NCBI GenBank assembly: GCA_944358895.1
Contig: CALVSB010000002.1
Coordinates: 2,969-66,968, forward strand
Reading direction: 5' to 3'
Source of the DNA: an uncultured Bacilli bacterium
Lineage (GTDB): Bacteria > Bacillota_I > Bacilli_A > RFN20 > CAG-826
DNA: 64,000 nucleotides
In this document: in pieces, positions 8,918 through 17,041 of the stretch
How positions within the stretch are numbered: the first letter of the stretch is position 1
Layout of the letters: the number at the start of each line of letters is the position of its first letter
Translations under genes and position numbers: made by a program
Notes under the pieces: model-generated
Database searches by the model: none
The model's input: the letters and a program-made list of their open reading frames with translations, nothing else
Told to the model about the DNA's origin: nothing

Positions 8918-11608
8918 TCAGGCAATACCGGCGACTTCCGGCGTGACGTAGAGGTCAGTGACCATTACCGTCCGGTGGACGCCGGAGTCGAAGATAGCTT
9001 CGATGCCGACGTAGATGCAGAGGTTGCTGTAGTTCGAGCCGTTGATGGCAAGCAGCTGCGTGTAGTAGTTCTTGAGCGTCGAGGTCGGGATCCGAATCTC
9101 AATTCTCAAGGTGTTCTCGTTGAACGAGCAGTACTGTTCGGCTTCGCTCGAAGTAGCGGCGAAGGGGAAGTAGCTCGTGCCGATGGCCGTATTATCGGCC
9201 GTCGCGGTGAGAAGCCACACGTAGTTGAACTTGAACTGGATGGCCGGAGAGCCGTCTTCGCGGATGAGCGAATCGGGCACCGTCAGGATGAACACCGTGC
9301 TGGCGCCGTCGATTTCAGCCCGCTCGTCCATGTTCTCAGGAACGCCGGCAAGCGGGACGTTGATGCCGTTTTGGACGACAGCCGAGCCGTTGCAAGCCGT
9401 GTAGAAGGCATCGTAGGAGAAGCGCTCTTCAACGCCGTCGCCATCTCCGTCGAAGAGAATCGGATAGGTTTCGGAAACGTGTTCGGTCGGCTCGCCCCAC
9501 GAGCAGGTGAAGCCCTGAGAGAGGTTGTTGGTGCAGATGACCGACATGAACTCAAGCGGGTTGAGAACGTTGCCGGTGATGGCGCCTTCGGCAAGGTCGA
9601 ACTCGCCGCGGTCCATGGCGTTGTAGGCCTGGGTGTAGTCTGAAACGGCGTGGTTGTTGATGTTGAGGGTGATGCCCCACTCCTTGCAGGCGGAGTTGAA
9701 GACCGTCTCGATCTGGTTCTTGATCTCGTTGCCGACATTTTCGATCGAGGTCAGGTAACGCCAGGTGAAGTCGATCATGATCTCGGTATTGCGCTCAAGC
9801 TCGCCCGTGCCGACGCCAGTGGCGACTGCGCTCCGGAAGAGCTGGGCTGCCATAGAGGTCGAGTAGCCGTTCGGGTCGACGGCCGTGTAGCGGGAGACGG
9901 CCTTCTTGCCGGCATCCGTGTCGCGGTAGGAGATGTTGTTCTCCGGATCGATCTTGTAGGCGTCGGAGAGGTAGCCGACGGCCGGGTTGCGGCCCATCGT
10001 GCTGGCGATCTTAGCCCGGTCGATGGCGAAGAACATGCCGTCGAGGAAGTTGTCGTTGCCCATGATCCACTTGACGTCCCAGGAGAGGTTGCTGGCATGC
10101 GGATACTGCGTGCCGTCGGGGCCGAAGAAGTAGTCCCACTCGTCGTAGGTGCAAGTGTTAAGGTTGATTTTGAGAATCGTCGACCCCTCGGCGCGGTGGC
10201 CATACGGGTCGTTCGCGTGTTCCTTTGTGTGCTCGGACGGGCAGGTGACGTTGTCAAGCTTGCCAGATTTGAAGCGCTGGTAGGCGTCCTCGTCGTTCTG
10301 GACCTTCGTCTCGACATAGCCTTGGAAGTTGATTTCGCTGGCGAGCGAGTAGTTCGGGTTCTTCTGGTAGACGGTAACGACGTCCTTCTGCCACGAGGTC
10401 ACGATGTAGGGGCCGGTGGAGAGGAGGTTGTCGACGGTCGTCGTATAGTCGCCGCCCTGGGCGGAGCCAATGGCGCCGAACTGCCGGCAGCCATTCTTCC
10501 AGATGGTCGACCAGTTGGCGCTCTCCTCGGTGAGGGTCTCCGGGTCGCCGCCGCCGAGCTCGATGAGGTAGTCCTTCGGGAGCGGGCTGTAGAGGCTGCT
10601 CGAGAGGTTGTACATCGCGTAGAACTGGGTCTGCGGGGTGACGAACTCGAAGTCGATCGAGCCTTCTTCCTCGTTCAGCTGGATGCCGACGTTGGCCCAG
10701 GTTTCTTCGTTGTGGGTAGGGGCGTAGACGTAGTCGTTGGCCCCGGCAAAACCGGAGGCGTCGGTCGTCAGGCCACTAGTCCGGAAGAGGTTGTTGTCGA
10801 GGATGGCCCGGAACGGGGTGAGGTAGTCCTCAAGCGCGATCGGCCGGCCGTTGTACTTGGCGTAGTACTTGCTGGTCGGGGCGATGGCGTAGGAATACTG
10901 GGCGCCGTCTTCGCCGGTGTGGAGGCGGACCCTCCACTTCCGGTAGGTCGTGCCCTCGACGTACTCGACCTCGTCGCCGTTGTCGTCGAGCGGGACCGGA
11001 CGCGCGTCCTTCGCGAGCACGTTCCGCCAGACGTAGCCGTCCTTGGTCGCGTTCATGGTCACGCTATAGTAGCTGTTGGAGATCATGCCGTTCCTTCCGC
11101 CCACGTCCTCGCCGGAAGAGTTCCAGTAGTTGAACGTGCCGGAGTCGGTCGTCGTGTAGCCCTGGAAGTAGTTCGGGTAGGTGACGCCGCTGATCGGCTG
11201 CCCGTTCCACATGTTGCCCTGCGGGTTCAGCTTGGATTCGTTGATGCCGAAGCCGTAGTTCTCAATATAGGTGTCGCTCGCGAGGGTGATGCGCGGCGAG
11301 AAGAGCTCGAGGCTCGCGTCGTCGTAGAGGGGGATGCCCGCCAGGTGGTGGCGCATCGCGTAGTCCTCCATCTTGTAGAGGAGGTTGGATTGATAGTCTA
11401 CCCAGTCGCTCTGGCTCATGTCAGCCGGCTTTTCGGTCCAGTCGTAGACGCCGTTGGCCAGCGGATTCTTGCTGTAGTCAACGCCCGTAGAACTACTGGT
11501 CGTCGATCCAGCGCCGCCGCCTGAACTGGAGCTAGAAACGATTTGCTCATTGCAGGCCACGAGGGCGAAACCCCCGAGAAGACCTAGGAAAATCAGACTT
11601 TTCTTCAT
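8918..11608 (-). CDS. oppA: oversized (896 aa) family-5 peptide-binding lipoprotein, OppA-like
   Basis: MKKSLIFLGLLGGFALVACNE (lipobox) followed by an S/G/T linker. First gene of the opp operon. Its size and position match the large OppA proteins of Mollicutes-like organisms. The family assignment rests on context and general composition only. Confidence 0.75.
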   Translation of the reverse strand: MKKSLIFLGLLGGFALVACNEQIVSSSSSGGGAGSTTSSSTGVDYSKNPLANGVYDWTEKPADMSQSDWVDYQSNLLYKMEDYAMRHHLAGIPLYDDASLELFSPRITLASDTYIENYGFGINESKLNPQGNMWNGQPISGVTYPNYFQGYTTTDSGTFNYWNSSGEDVGGRNGMISNSYYSVTMNATKDGYVWRNVLAKDARPVPLDDNGDEVEYVEGTTYRKWRVRLHTGEDGAQYSYAIAPTSKYYAKYNGRPIALEDYLTPFRAILDNNLFRTSGLTTDASGFAGANDYVYAPTHNEETWANVGIQLNEEEGSIDFEFVTPQTQFYAMYNLSSSLYSPLPKDYLIELGGGDPETLTEESANWSTIWKNGCRQFGAIGSAQGGDYTTTVDNLLSTGPYIVTSWQKDVVTVYQKNPNYSLASEINFQGYVETKVQNDEDAYQRFKSGKLDNVTCPSEHTKEHANDPYGHRAEGSTILKINLNTCTYDEWDYFFGPDGTQYPHASNLSWDVKWIMGNDNFLDGMFFAIDRAKIASTMGRNPAVGYLSDAYKIDPENNISYRDTDAGKKAVSRYTAVDPNGYSTSMAAQLFRSAVATGVGTGELERNTEIMIDFTWRYLTSIENVGNEIKNQIETVFNSACKEWGITLNINNHAVSDYTQAYNAMDRGEFDLAEGAITGNVLNPLEFMSVICTNNLSQGFTCSWGEPTEHVSETYPILFDGDGDGVEERFSYDAFYTACNGSAVVQNGINVPLAGVPENMDERAEIDGASTVFILTVPDSLIREDGSPAIQFKFNYVWLLTATADNTAIGTSYFPFAATSSEAEQYCSFNENTLRIEIRIPTSTLKNYYTQLLAINGSNYSNLCIYVGIEAIFDSGVHRTVMVTDLYVTPEVAGIA

Positions 11609-11631
11609 GGGTGCTGCACTCCTTTCTTTCT

Positions 11632-11661
11632 AAAAAAGCAACGGGCGTAATCCTCGCCCGC
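11632..11661 (-). terminator. terminator-like hairpin plus T-run about 25 nt upstream of the oppA start
   Basis: Minus strand reads GCGGGCG-aggatta-CGCCCGT then TGCTTTTTT. It lies downstream of a TTGACA box and of the 11725 gene stop. Confidence 0.45.
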
Positions 11662-11724
11662 GCAAAGAAGTATCCACTTACCCAATAATATGTCAATAAT
11701 TATTTTTAACAACTTCCGAGCGAG

Positions 11725-12135
11725 TCAGATACTCAGCCAAACAAGGAGCAAAATGACAGCAAGGACAAGATAGACACCGGCATTGATAAGCCACGGCAAA
11801 TAGTGGGCTTTTCGACGTTTTCTTTTCTCGTTCATCCCCTGCTGGTAGTCGCCTGCCGTCTTGTAGCGGCGCTCGGTCGGCCGGGGTCGGAAGGACAAAA
11901 AGAGGGCGTAAGCGGAATATCCAAGAACGTCAAAACTACCACCCCTAGTAGCCAGGCGGAGGCCGCAAAAGGCCAAGAGGAGCCCGGCGCTCAGGAAAGC
12001 CCCGTCGGAGTAGTAAGCGATATAGGTCGGAGTGTGGTAGCCGCCGCAAATGAGCCAAAAGGCAATGAAGAAAACGAACCCGAGGGAAGTCGAGACGATG
12101 ATCTCCGTCAACAAAGCTTTTTCGTGCTCGCTCAT
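11725..12135 (-). CDS. small membrane protein, DUF3899-like
   Basis: 136 aa. Has TM segments flanking GGSFDVLGYSAYALFLSFRPRP and a basic loop KRKRRKAHY. This pattern is recalled from DUF3899 proteins of Bacillota. Confidence 0.55.
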   Translation of the reverse strand: MSEHEKALLTEIIVSTSLGFVFFIAFWLICGGYHTPTYIAYYSDGAFLSAGLLLAFCGLRLATRGGSFDVLGYSAYALFLSFRPRPTERRYKTAGDYQQGMNEKRKRRKAHYLPWLINAGVYLVLAVILLLVWLSI

Positions 12136-12264
12136 CGATGGGCTATTTTCCTTTTCCTTGACGAAAAAGACAAGGCCCGAAAAATAACGATTGAAGATTT
12201 CTTTGTCTTGAGTATTTTAAGAGGCGCGTTAAAGCGCGTTTCTTTTATAAAGGAGGTTATAGAC

Positions 12265-14373
12265 ATGAAAAAGAGCAATGTCCTCGGCGCTGCCTTCCTC
12301 TTAGCCGCCATGACGCTCGTCTCTTGCACGCAGACGGGCACGAGCGGCGAAAGCAGCGAGAGCAGCTCGGAGGAAACCAGCTCATCGGAAGTCGTTTCCC
12401 CGCGTCGCCTCGAAGTAGCCCTCGAGCATTCGAGCATTCCGGCCGGAACAACGTTCTACGATGGCTGCATCCCAACCATCACCTACATTGACGAAACGGC
12501 CGGCGAGACGACCGACGTCAGCAACTACTTCAATCAGCTGCGCTTCCAGATCTCGCCGATCGTGAACGGCGAAGCTGATACGACCACCGTCTACAATGCC
12601 AGCACCGCCCTGCCGGCCGGCGAGTACCAAGCCAAGATCACCGCTCGGTCCCGCACTGCTACCATCAAGTTCACCGTCACCGACGAAACGGTCGAGACGG
12701 CAAGCGAAGGCAACGGCTACAAGACGATCTACGGCACCGACAAAGACTTCACCCGCCTTGCCCTTTCCAACGGCGATGTGACGCTCGGCACCCTCGGCGA
12801 AGGCAACTTCCCGTCCAAGGGCACGGTCAACGTCCTCGTCATCCCGGTCATCTTCTCGGAAATGGTCGGCACGTCCTCGGCCTTCAGCCAACCGGAACTC
12901 GACCTTCTCGAGCGGGCCTACAACGGCTCCGACGCCAACGGCGACGCCGGCACCAGGACTGCTTGGGAGTCGCTCCACAGCTACTACCAGAAGTCCTCGT
13001 ACGGCAAGCTCGACGTCGAAGCGACGATTGCCCCGGTCTACGTTTACGGAACCAAGTCGACCGACCTCAATCCCAGCGACGGCAGCAACGCCCACAAGAT
13101 CGTTCAGGCTGCCCTCGACGACTATGAGAAGAGCCATCCCGACATGTCGAAGTTCGACGCCAACAAGGACGGCTACATCGACTCGGTCAACGTCATCTAC
13201 AAAACGCAGGCCCCGATCGACTCTTCCAACCCGAGCGATCTTTGGTGGAACTTCACCTCGAACGCGAGCAATCAACCCAACGTCTCCCATCCGACGCTCC
13301 ACCGCTTCTTCTGGTCGGCCTACTCGATGATGGAAACCGGCTACTACCCGGATGTCCCGCCCGAAGCCAACGTCGACCCTCACGTCCTCGTCCACGAGCA
13401 CGGCCACGCCATGGGTCTCAGTGACTACTACTCCTACGACCAGGATTCCACGAGCGGCCAGAAGAGCGAAGCCCCGGCCGGCTGCGCGGACATGATGGAC
13501 ATGAACGTCGGCGACCATAACGCCTACTCCAAGATGAGGTTCAACTGGCTCCGCGACAACGCGGATGACGAAGGCCTCAACGTCATGTACGTCGACGGCT
13601 CGAGCGACAACTTCACGGTCACTATCAACTCGTTTGCCGACGAAGGCGACGTCCTCATCGTCCGCAACACGACGACCGATCCGTGGAACAAAACCCCCTA
13701 CGATGAATATCTCATCGTCACCTACTACACCCCGACCGGTGTCAACGCTCTCGACTCCCTCGGCTATGGCGAATGGACCCAGTACAACGAAAGCACCGGT
13801 ACGTCCGGTGCCGGCAACGGCGGGCCGTACCGCCATCCGGGTGTCCAGATCTTCCACGTCGATGCCCGCGTCGGCGCTGAAGTCGGCAAATTGACCGCCG
13901 AGGGCAAAGTCGACGAAAGCACCCTCAAGTGGGAGTACACCGACAACATCTACACCACCGACCACTACGATACCGAAACTGGCACCTACGAATCGGCGGC
14001 CAAGTTCCTCACCGACAACACCCCGTCCCGCTCCAACAAGATCGTCGACGGCAAGCTCGTCGGCGGCGGCGATGCCGAAATCGAAGCCGTTCTCTCGAGC
14101 GGCGACGACGGTTTCCGCTCCACTTCCTACGCCAACCTCATGGGCATCCAGAGCAACCTCTTTGGCACCAAGGAGTACGCCGATGCCAACAACTTCGAGG
14201 ATAAGGAAATGTACGGCGGCAACACCTACTCCAACTACCTCGGCTGGCGCTACTTCGAAAACCAACTCGTCTGGAACGATGGCTCGACCTTCAACTGGAC
14301 CTTCTCGGTCGAAAGTCAGACCGACACGACGGCTACCCTCCACTTCGTCAACAACGCTGCCATTGAAGGATAA
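12265..14373 (+). CDS. lipoprotein, M6 (immune inhibitor A-like) zinc metalloprotease family, with N-terminal Ig-like module
   Basis: ORF 11803..14373 trimmed to ATG 12265, with AGGAGG at 12251-12256. MKKSNVLGAAFLLAAMTLVSCTQ lipobox and an S/E linker. HExxH in HVLVHEHGHAMGLSDYYSYD, then MMDMNVGDHNAY and GVQIFHVDARV. Confidence 0.8.
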   Translation: MKKSNVLGAAFLLAAMTLVSCTQTGTSGESSESSSEETSSSEVVSPRRLEVALEHSSIPAGTTFYDGCIPTITYIDETAGETTDVSNYFNQLRFQISPIVNGEADTTTVYNASTALPAGEYQAKITARSRTATIKFTVTDETVETASEGNGYKTIYGTDKDFTRLALSNGDVTLGTLGEGNFPSKGTVNVLVIPVIFSEMVGTSSAFSQPELDLLERAYNGSDANGDAGTRTAWESLHSYYQKSSYGKLDVEATIAPVYVYGTKSTDLNPSDGSNAHKIVQAALDDYEKSHPDMSKFDANKDGYIDSVNVIYKTQAPIDSSNPSDLWWNFTSNASNQPNVSHPTLHRFFWSAYSMMETGYYPDVPPEANVDPHVLVHEHGHAMGLSDYYSYDQDSTSGQKSEAPAGCADMMDMNVGDHNAYSKMRFNWLRDNADDEGLNVMYVDGSSDNFTVTINSFADEGDVLIVRNTTTDPWNKTPYDEYLIVTYYTPTGVNALDSLGYGEWTQYNESTGTSGAGNGGPYRHPGVQIFHVDARVGAEVGKLTAEGKVDESTLKWEYTDNIYTTDHYDTETGTYESAAKFLTDNTPSRSNKIVDGKLVGGGDAEIEAVLSSGDDGFRSTSYANLMGIQSNLFGTKEYADANNFEDKEMYGGNTYSNYLGWRYFENQLVWNDGSTFNWTFSVESQTDTTATLHFVNNAAIEG

Positions 14374-14432
14374 TTGTTGAAAAACAAATATCCCGTTCTA
14401 TAGTGGCAAAGCATCAAGAAAGGAAAACACAC

Positions 14433-16376
14433 ATGAAAAGCAAAGGATTGCTCGTTCTGACGGCTCTTCTCGGCACCGGTCTCGTGCTCGGAAGCTGCGG
14501 CGGGACGACTACCAGCTCTTCCGAAGACGTCGAGACTTCCTCGAGCTCGGAGAGCCAGCCCTCCACTTCAGAAGGGAGCGAGAGTTCCTCTGAAGCAACG
14601 TCGGCCTACACGGCAACCCGCGTCACCATCAGCAGCAAGACGCCGGACAAAGTCGTCGTCGGCGAAACCATCGACTTCGGCCAGTACATCACGGTCACGG
14701 CTCCGGAAAACGGAACCTTCGGTCTCCGCGTCCGCGAAGGCTCGACCGGCGAGGCCGCCATCGACGGCCACAACGTCACTATCACGAAGGCTGGCTCGAT
14801 CGGCATCCAGGTCGTCGGCGCCAACGACGCCAACCTCCGTCTATGGACCGTCACGGCCCTAGCGGCCGAAAGCAAGGAGATTGCCGACTATCTCACCGGA
14901 CTCTCCTACAACTACACGGTCGATTGGCGCGACGGGACCGGCAACATGCTCTACGGGCTCACCTACCACAACGAGAACTACTGGCTTGCTCTTAGCGACA
15001 TCAAGAACAGCCAAGATCAGACGTCCTCGACCTGGAGTTACTGGGGAGCCATCCAAGCCGGCGATTACCGCTACGAAATCGACTTCTACGAGAATTACGA
15101 TTACGTCGGCCAGAAGGTCACCTATGACTACAAGGCCCACCCGGGCATCTTCGACGACTCCCTCTACTACGCGGCTGCCGAGATGGCGTTCAACGACGAT
15201 ACCATTTCGACCGATCCGGAGACGGGCCTCACCCTCATCACTGATGCTGGCGTTTCGAGCCTCATCCAGACCGGCGTCGGCACCAACTACGAGGCGATCA
15301 AGGAGAACGTCCTCGATCCGGACGGCTACAAGCAAGCCTTCCTGACCCCGCTATATGCCAGTGAGGAAGACACCCAAATCTACGGCGTCCGCATCATCTT
15401 CGCCGATGCTTCCTACCAGGTGATCTCGACTTGCCAAATCTACGCCGCTGGCGAGACCCACTTCGAACCGCTCGACGAATTCGTCGAGGCCGGGGTTGCT
15501 CCTTCCTACCTTACGTTCGACGACCTTGGCAATTACCTTGGCGGCAAGACGGCCGAAAAGGCTTCCACCACCATCGAGGCGGCCATCTCCTACGGTACCT
15601 ACCTCACCAATAGCGAGACCGGCGAAACCACCTGGAAGGATGCTTCGCTCTCCGGTGTGAGCGAAATGGAAGAGCGGCTTGGCGTCAGCAGCTCGGCCCC
15701 GGCCGGCACCTATGTGGCGACTGTCGACGGCGATAGCTACTACAGCACCGCGACGCTCAGCTCTCTCTACTATAAGAGCAGCGATCCGACCTACACAGCC
15801 ATTGGCAAAGACACCGACGGGCACTACTACCGCATGTCGGGCGACGATCCGGCGGCTTGGAAGACCAAGTCTGATCTCGGCGCCGACTTCGTCCTCTGGG
15901 ATGCTGACGGCATCACGACCGTCTACGATGAGGAACACAATCTCACCGGGACCGAATACCTCACCCCGGCGGCTCTCACGACTGAGTACCTCAAGAGCCT
16001 CCCCTACACCTCGGTGACGACCAGCGGAACCGTGACCACGGCGACCGTCGATGCCATCGAAGACGAGGGCAAACTCATCAGCATCATCGCGGGCCTCATT
16101 CCGGAAGTCGGCACCTACGTCGTTGCCGGCATCCTCAACGGCATCACCGGCTCCTCGGGCGCCCCGTGCTACACCCTCTTCGAGTCTCCGAGCGTCAGCT
16201 ATGACACCGCCACTGGCGACGTCAGCTTCGAGGCTGTCCTTGCCAACCTTGCCGAGGATGCCGAGCTTAACGCTCTCGTTGGCCTCCGTCTCCAGGTCAC
16301 CCTCAAGAACTTCGGCACCACCGAAGTTCCGGCCTTCGGCTTCGCTCAAGCCGAAACGACCGAGCCGGCGGCCTAA
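14433..16376 (+). CDS. lipoprotein with N-terminal Big_2-like Ig domain, remainder of unknown fold
   Basis: ORF 14403..16376 trimmed to ATG 14433. MKSKGLLVLTALLGTGLVLGSCGG lipobox and a long S/T/E linker. The segment VVVGETIDFGQYITVTAPENG...ITKAGSIGIQVVG resembles bacterial Ig-like group 2. No terminator separates it from the M6 gene, so the two are probably co-transcribed. Confidence 0.75.
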   Translation: MKSKGLLVLTALLGTGLVLGSCGGTTTSSSEDVETSSSSESQPSTSEGSESSSEATSAYTATRVTISSKTPDKVVVGETIDFGQYITVTAPENGTFGLRVREGSTGEAAIDGHNVTITKAGSIGIQVVGANDANLRLWTVTALAAESKEIADYLTGLSYNYTVDWRDGTGNMLYGLTYHNENYWLALSDIKNSQDQTSSTWSYWGAIQAGDYRYEIDFYENYDYVGQKVTYDYKAHPGIFDDSLYYAAAEMAFNDDTISTDPETGLTLITDAGVSSLIQTGVGTNYEAIKENVLDPDGYKQAFLTPLYASEEDTQIYGVRIIFADASYQVISTCQIYAAGETHFEPLDEFVEAGVAPSYLTFDDLGNYLGGKTAEKASTTIEAAISYGTYLTNSETGETTWKDASLSGVSEMEERLGVSSSAPAGTYVATVDGDSYYSTATLSSLYYKSSDPTYTAIGKDTDGHYYRMSGDDPAAWKTKSDLGADFVLWDADGITTVYDEEHNLTGTEYLTPAALTTEYLKSLPYTSVTTSGTVTTATVDAIEDEGKLISIIAGLIPEVGTYVVAGILNGITGSSGAPCYTLFESPSVSYDTATGDVSFEAVLANLAEDAELNALVGLRLQVTLKNFGTTEVPAFGFAQAETTEPAA

Positions 16377-16399
16377 GCGCTCCTTCATCCAAACCAAAG

Positions 16400-16427
16400 G
16401 CGGGTCCTTACGGGCCCGCTTTTCTTA
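16400..16427 (+). terminator. rho-independent terminator after the 12265-16376 operon
   Basis: GCGGGTCC-ttac-GGGCCCGC (8 bp including one G-U pair), followed by TTTTCTT. Confidence 0.8.
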
Positions 16428-16729
16428 TGCGCGAACGGACATTTGCGATTAGTTTCGGCGACGTTTCCCTCGATGGTCGCCTTCGTGCCTATACCAGGCT
16501 TCTTATGCAAATCGGAAACCGGCCTCTTACGGTAAAAGAGAGCCCCCGCCTGCCTTGCTGATCGAAATTAGAAGCCAACGAAAACCGGCTATGGGAAGGC
16601 AGGCGGAAGAAAGTTTCAAACCGAAGATGAGATCGTTCGGCACCTCGAATGGCTAAAGAGCCGAAACGGTAATGCCTCGGCCGGCCCGTGGGAATTCTTG
16701 CCAATGGCCTAAAAGCAAACCATCCTCTT

Positions 16730-16802
16730 CGCTCCGGATAGCATCCCCCTAGACTTTCCGGCCAATCAGGTCCGTCCTTTGCCGCCGCTCCGGATAGCAT
16801 CC
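16730..16802. repeat. 17-nt direct repeat pair CGCTCCGGATAGCATCC (16730-16746 and 16786-16802)
   Basis: Exact copies 56 nt apart inside a region with no credible coding sequence. Each copy contains the small palindrome GGAT-agc-ATCC. Confidence 0.85.
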
Positions 16803-16980
16803 AAGTTGCCATATGGGACTGCGAAGGCAAGGCCCTCGAGACCTTCTATGCCAATCCACATGTTCCTCCGATCGAGTTTCTCTCAATCGATAAAGTAAAA
16901 AAAGATGGGGGTTTTGGGGTCACTAAACTGATTAAGGGCCGCAAAAGCCGCCTATCTTTTTTTCTTTCTGGCCAAGGCGC

Positions 16981-17024
16981 AAGAAAAGCCGCCCTCCCGG
17001 CTCATTGGCCGGATGAAGGGCGGC
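16981..17024 (-). terminator. rho-independent terminator after the 17042-21175 operon
   Basis: On the minus strand GCCGCCCT pairs with AGGGCGGC (an inner CCGG/CCGG pairing is also possible), followed by TTTTCTT. Confidence 0.75.
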
Positions 17025-17041
17025 AATTCGTATGGATGAGG

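Noticed and set aside
16489-16830. 113-aa minus-strand ORF in the convergent-terminator gap.
   Set aside because: The translation is low-complexity Arg/Pro/Gly/Ser with no RBS and no motif. The region is better treated as non-coding or decayed (see findings).
16430-16980. Possible RNase P RNA or tmRNA. GGAAAGTC, CCGGAGC and GTAAGAG strings occur on the minus strand, and a GCCAACGAAAAC string on the plus strand.
   Set aside because: The strings are in the wrong order for RNase P conserved regions, and no P4 3-prime strand (ACAGAA..GGCTTA) is present. There is no tRNA-like GGTTCGA...CCA end and no tag reading frame ending in a hydrophobic tail for tmRNA.
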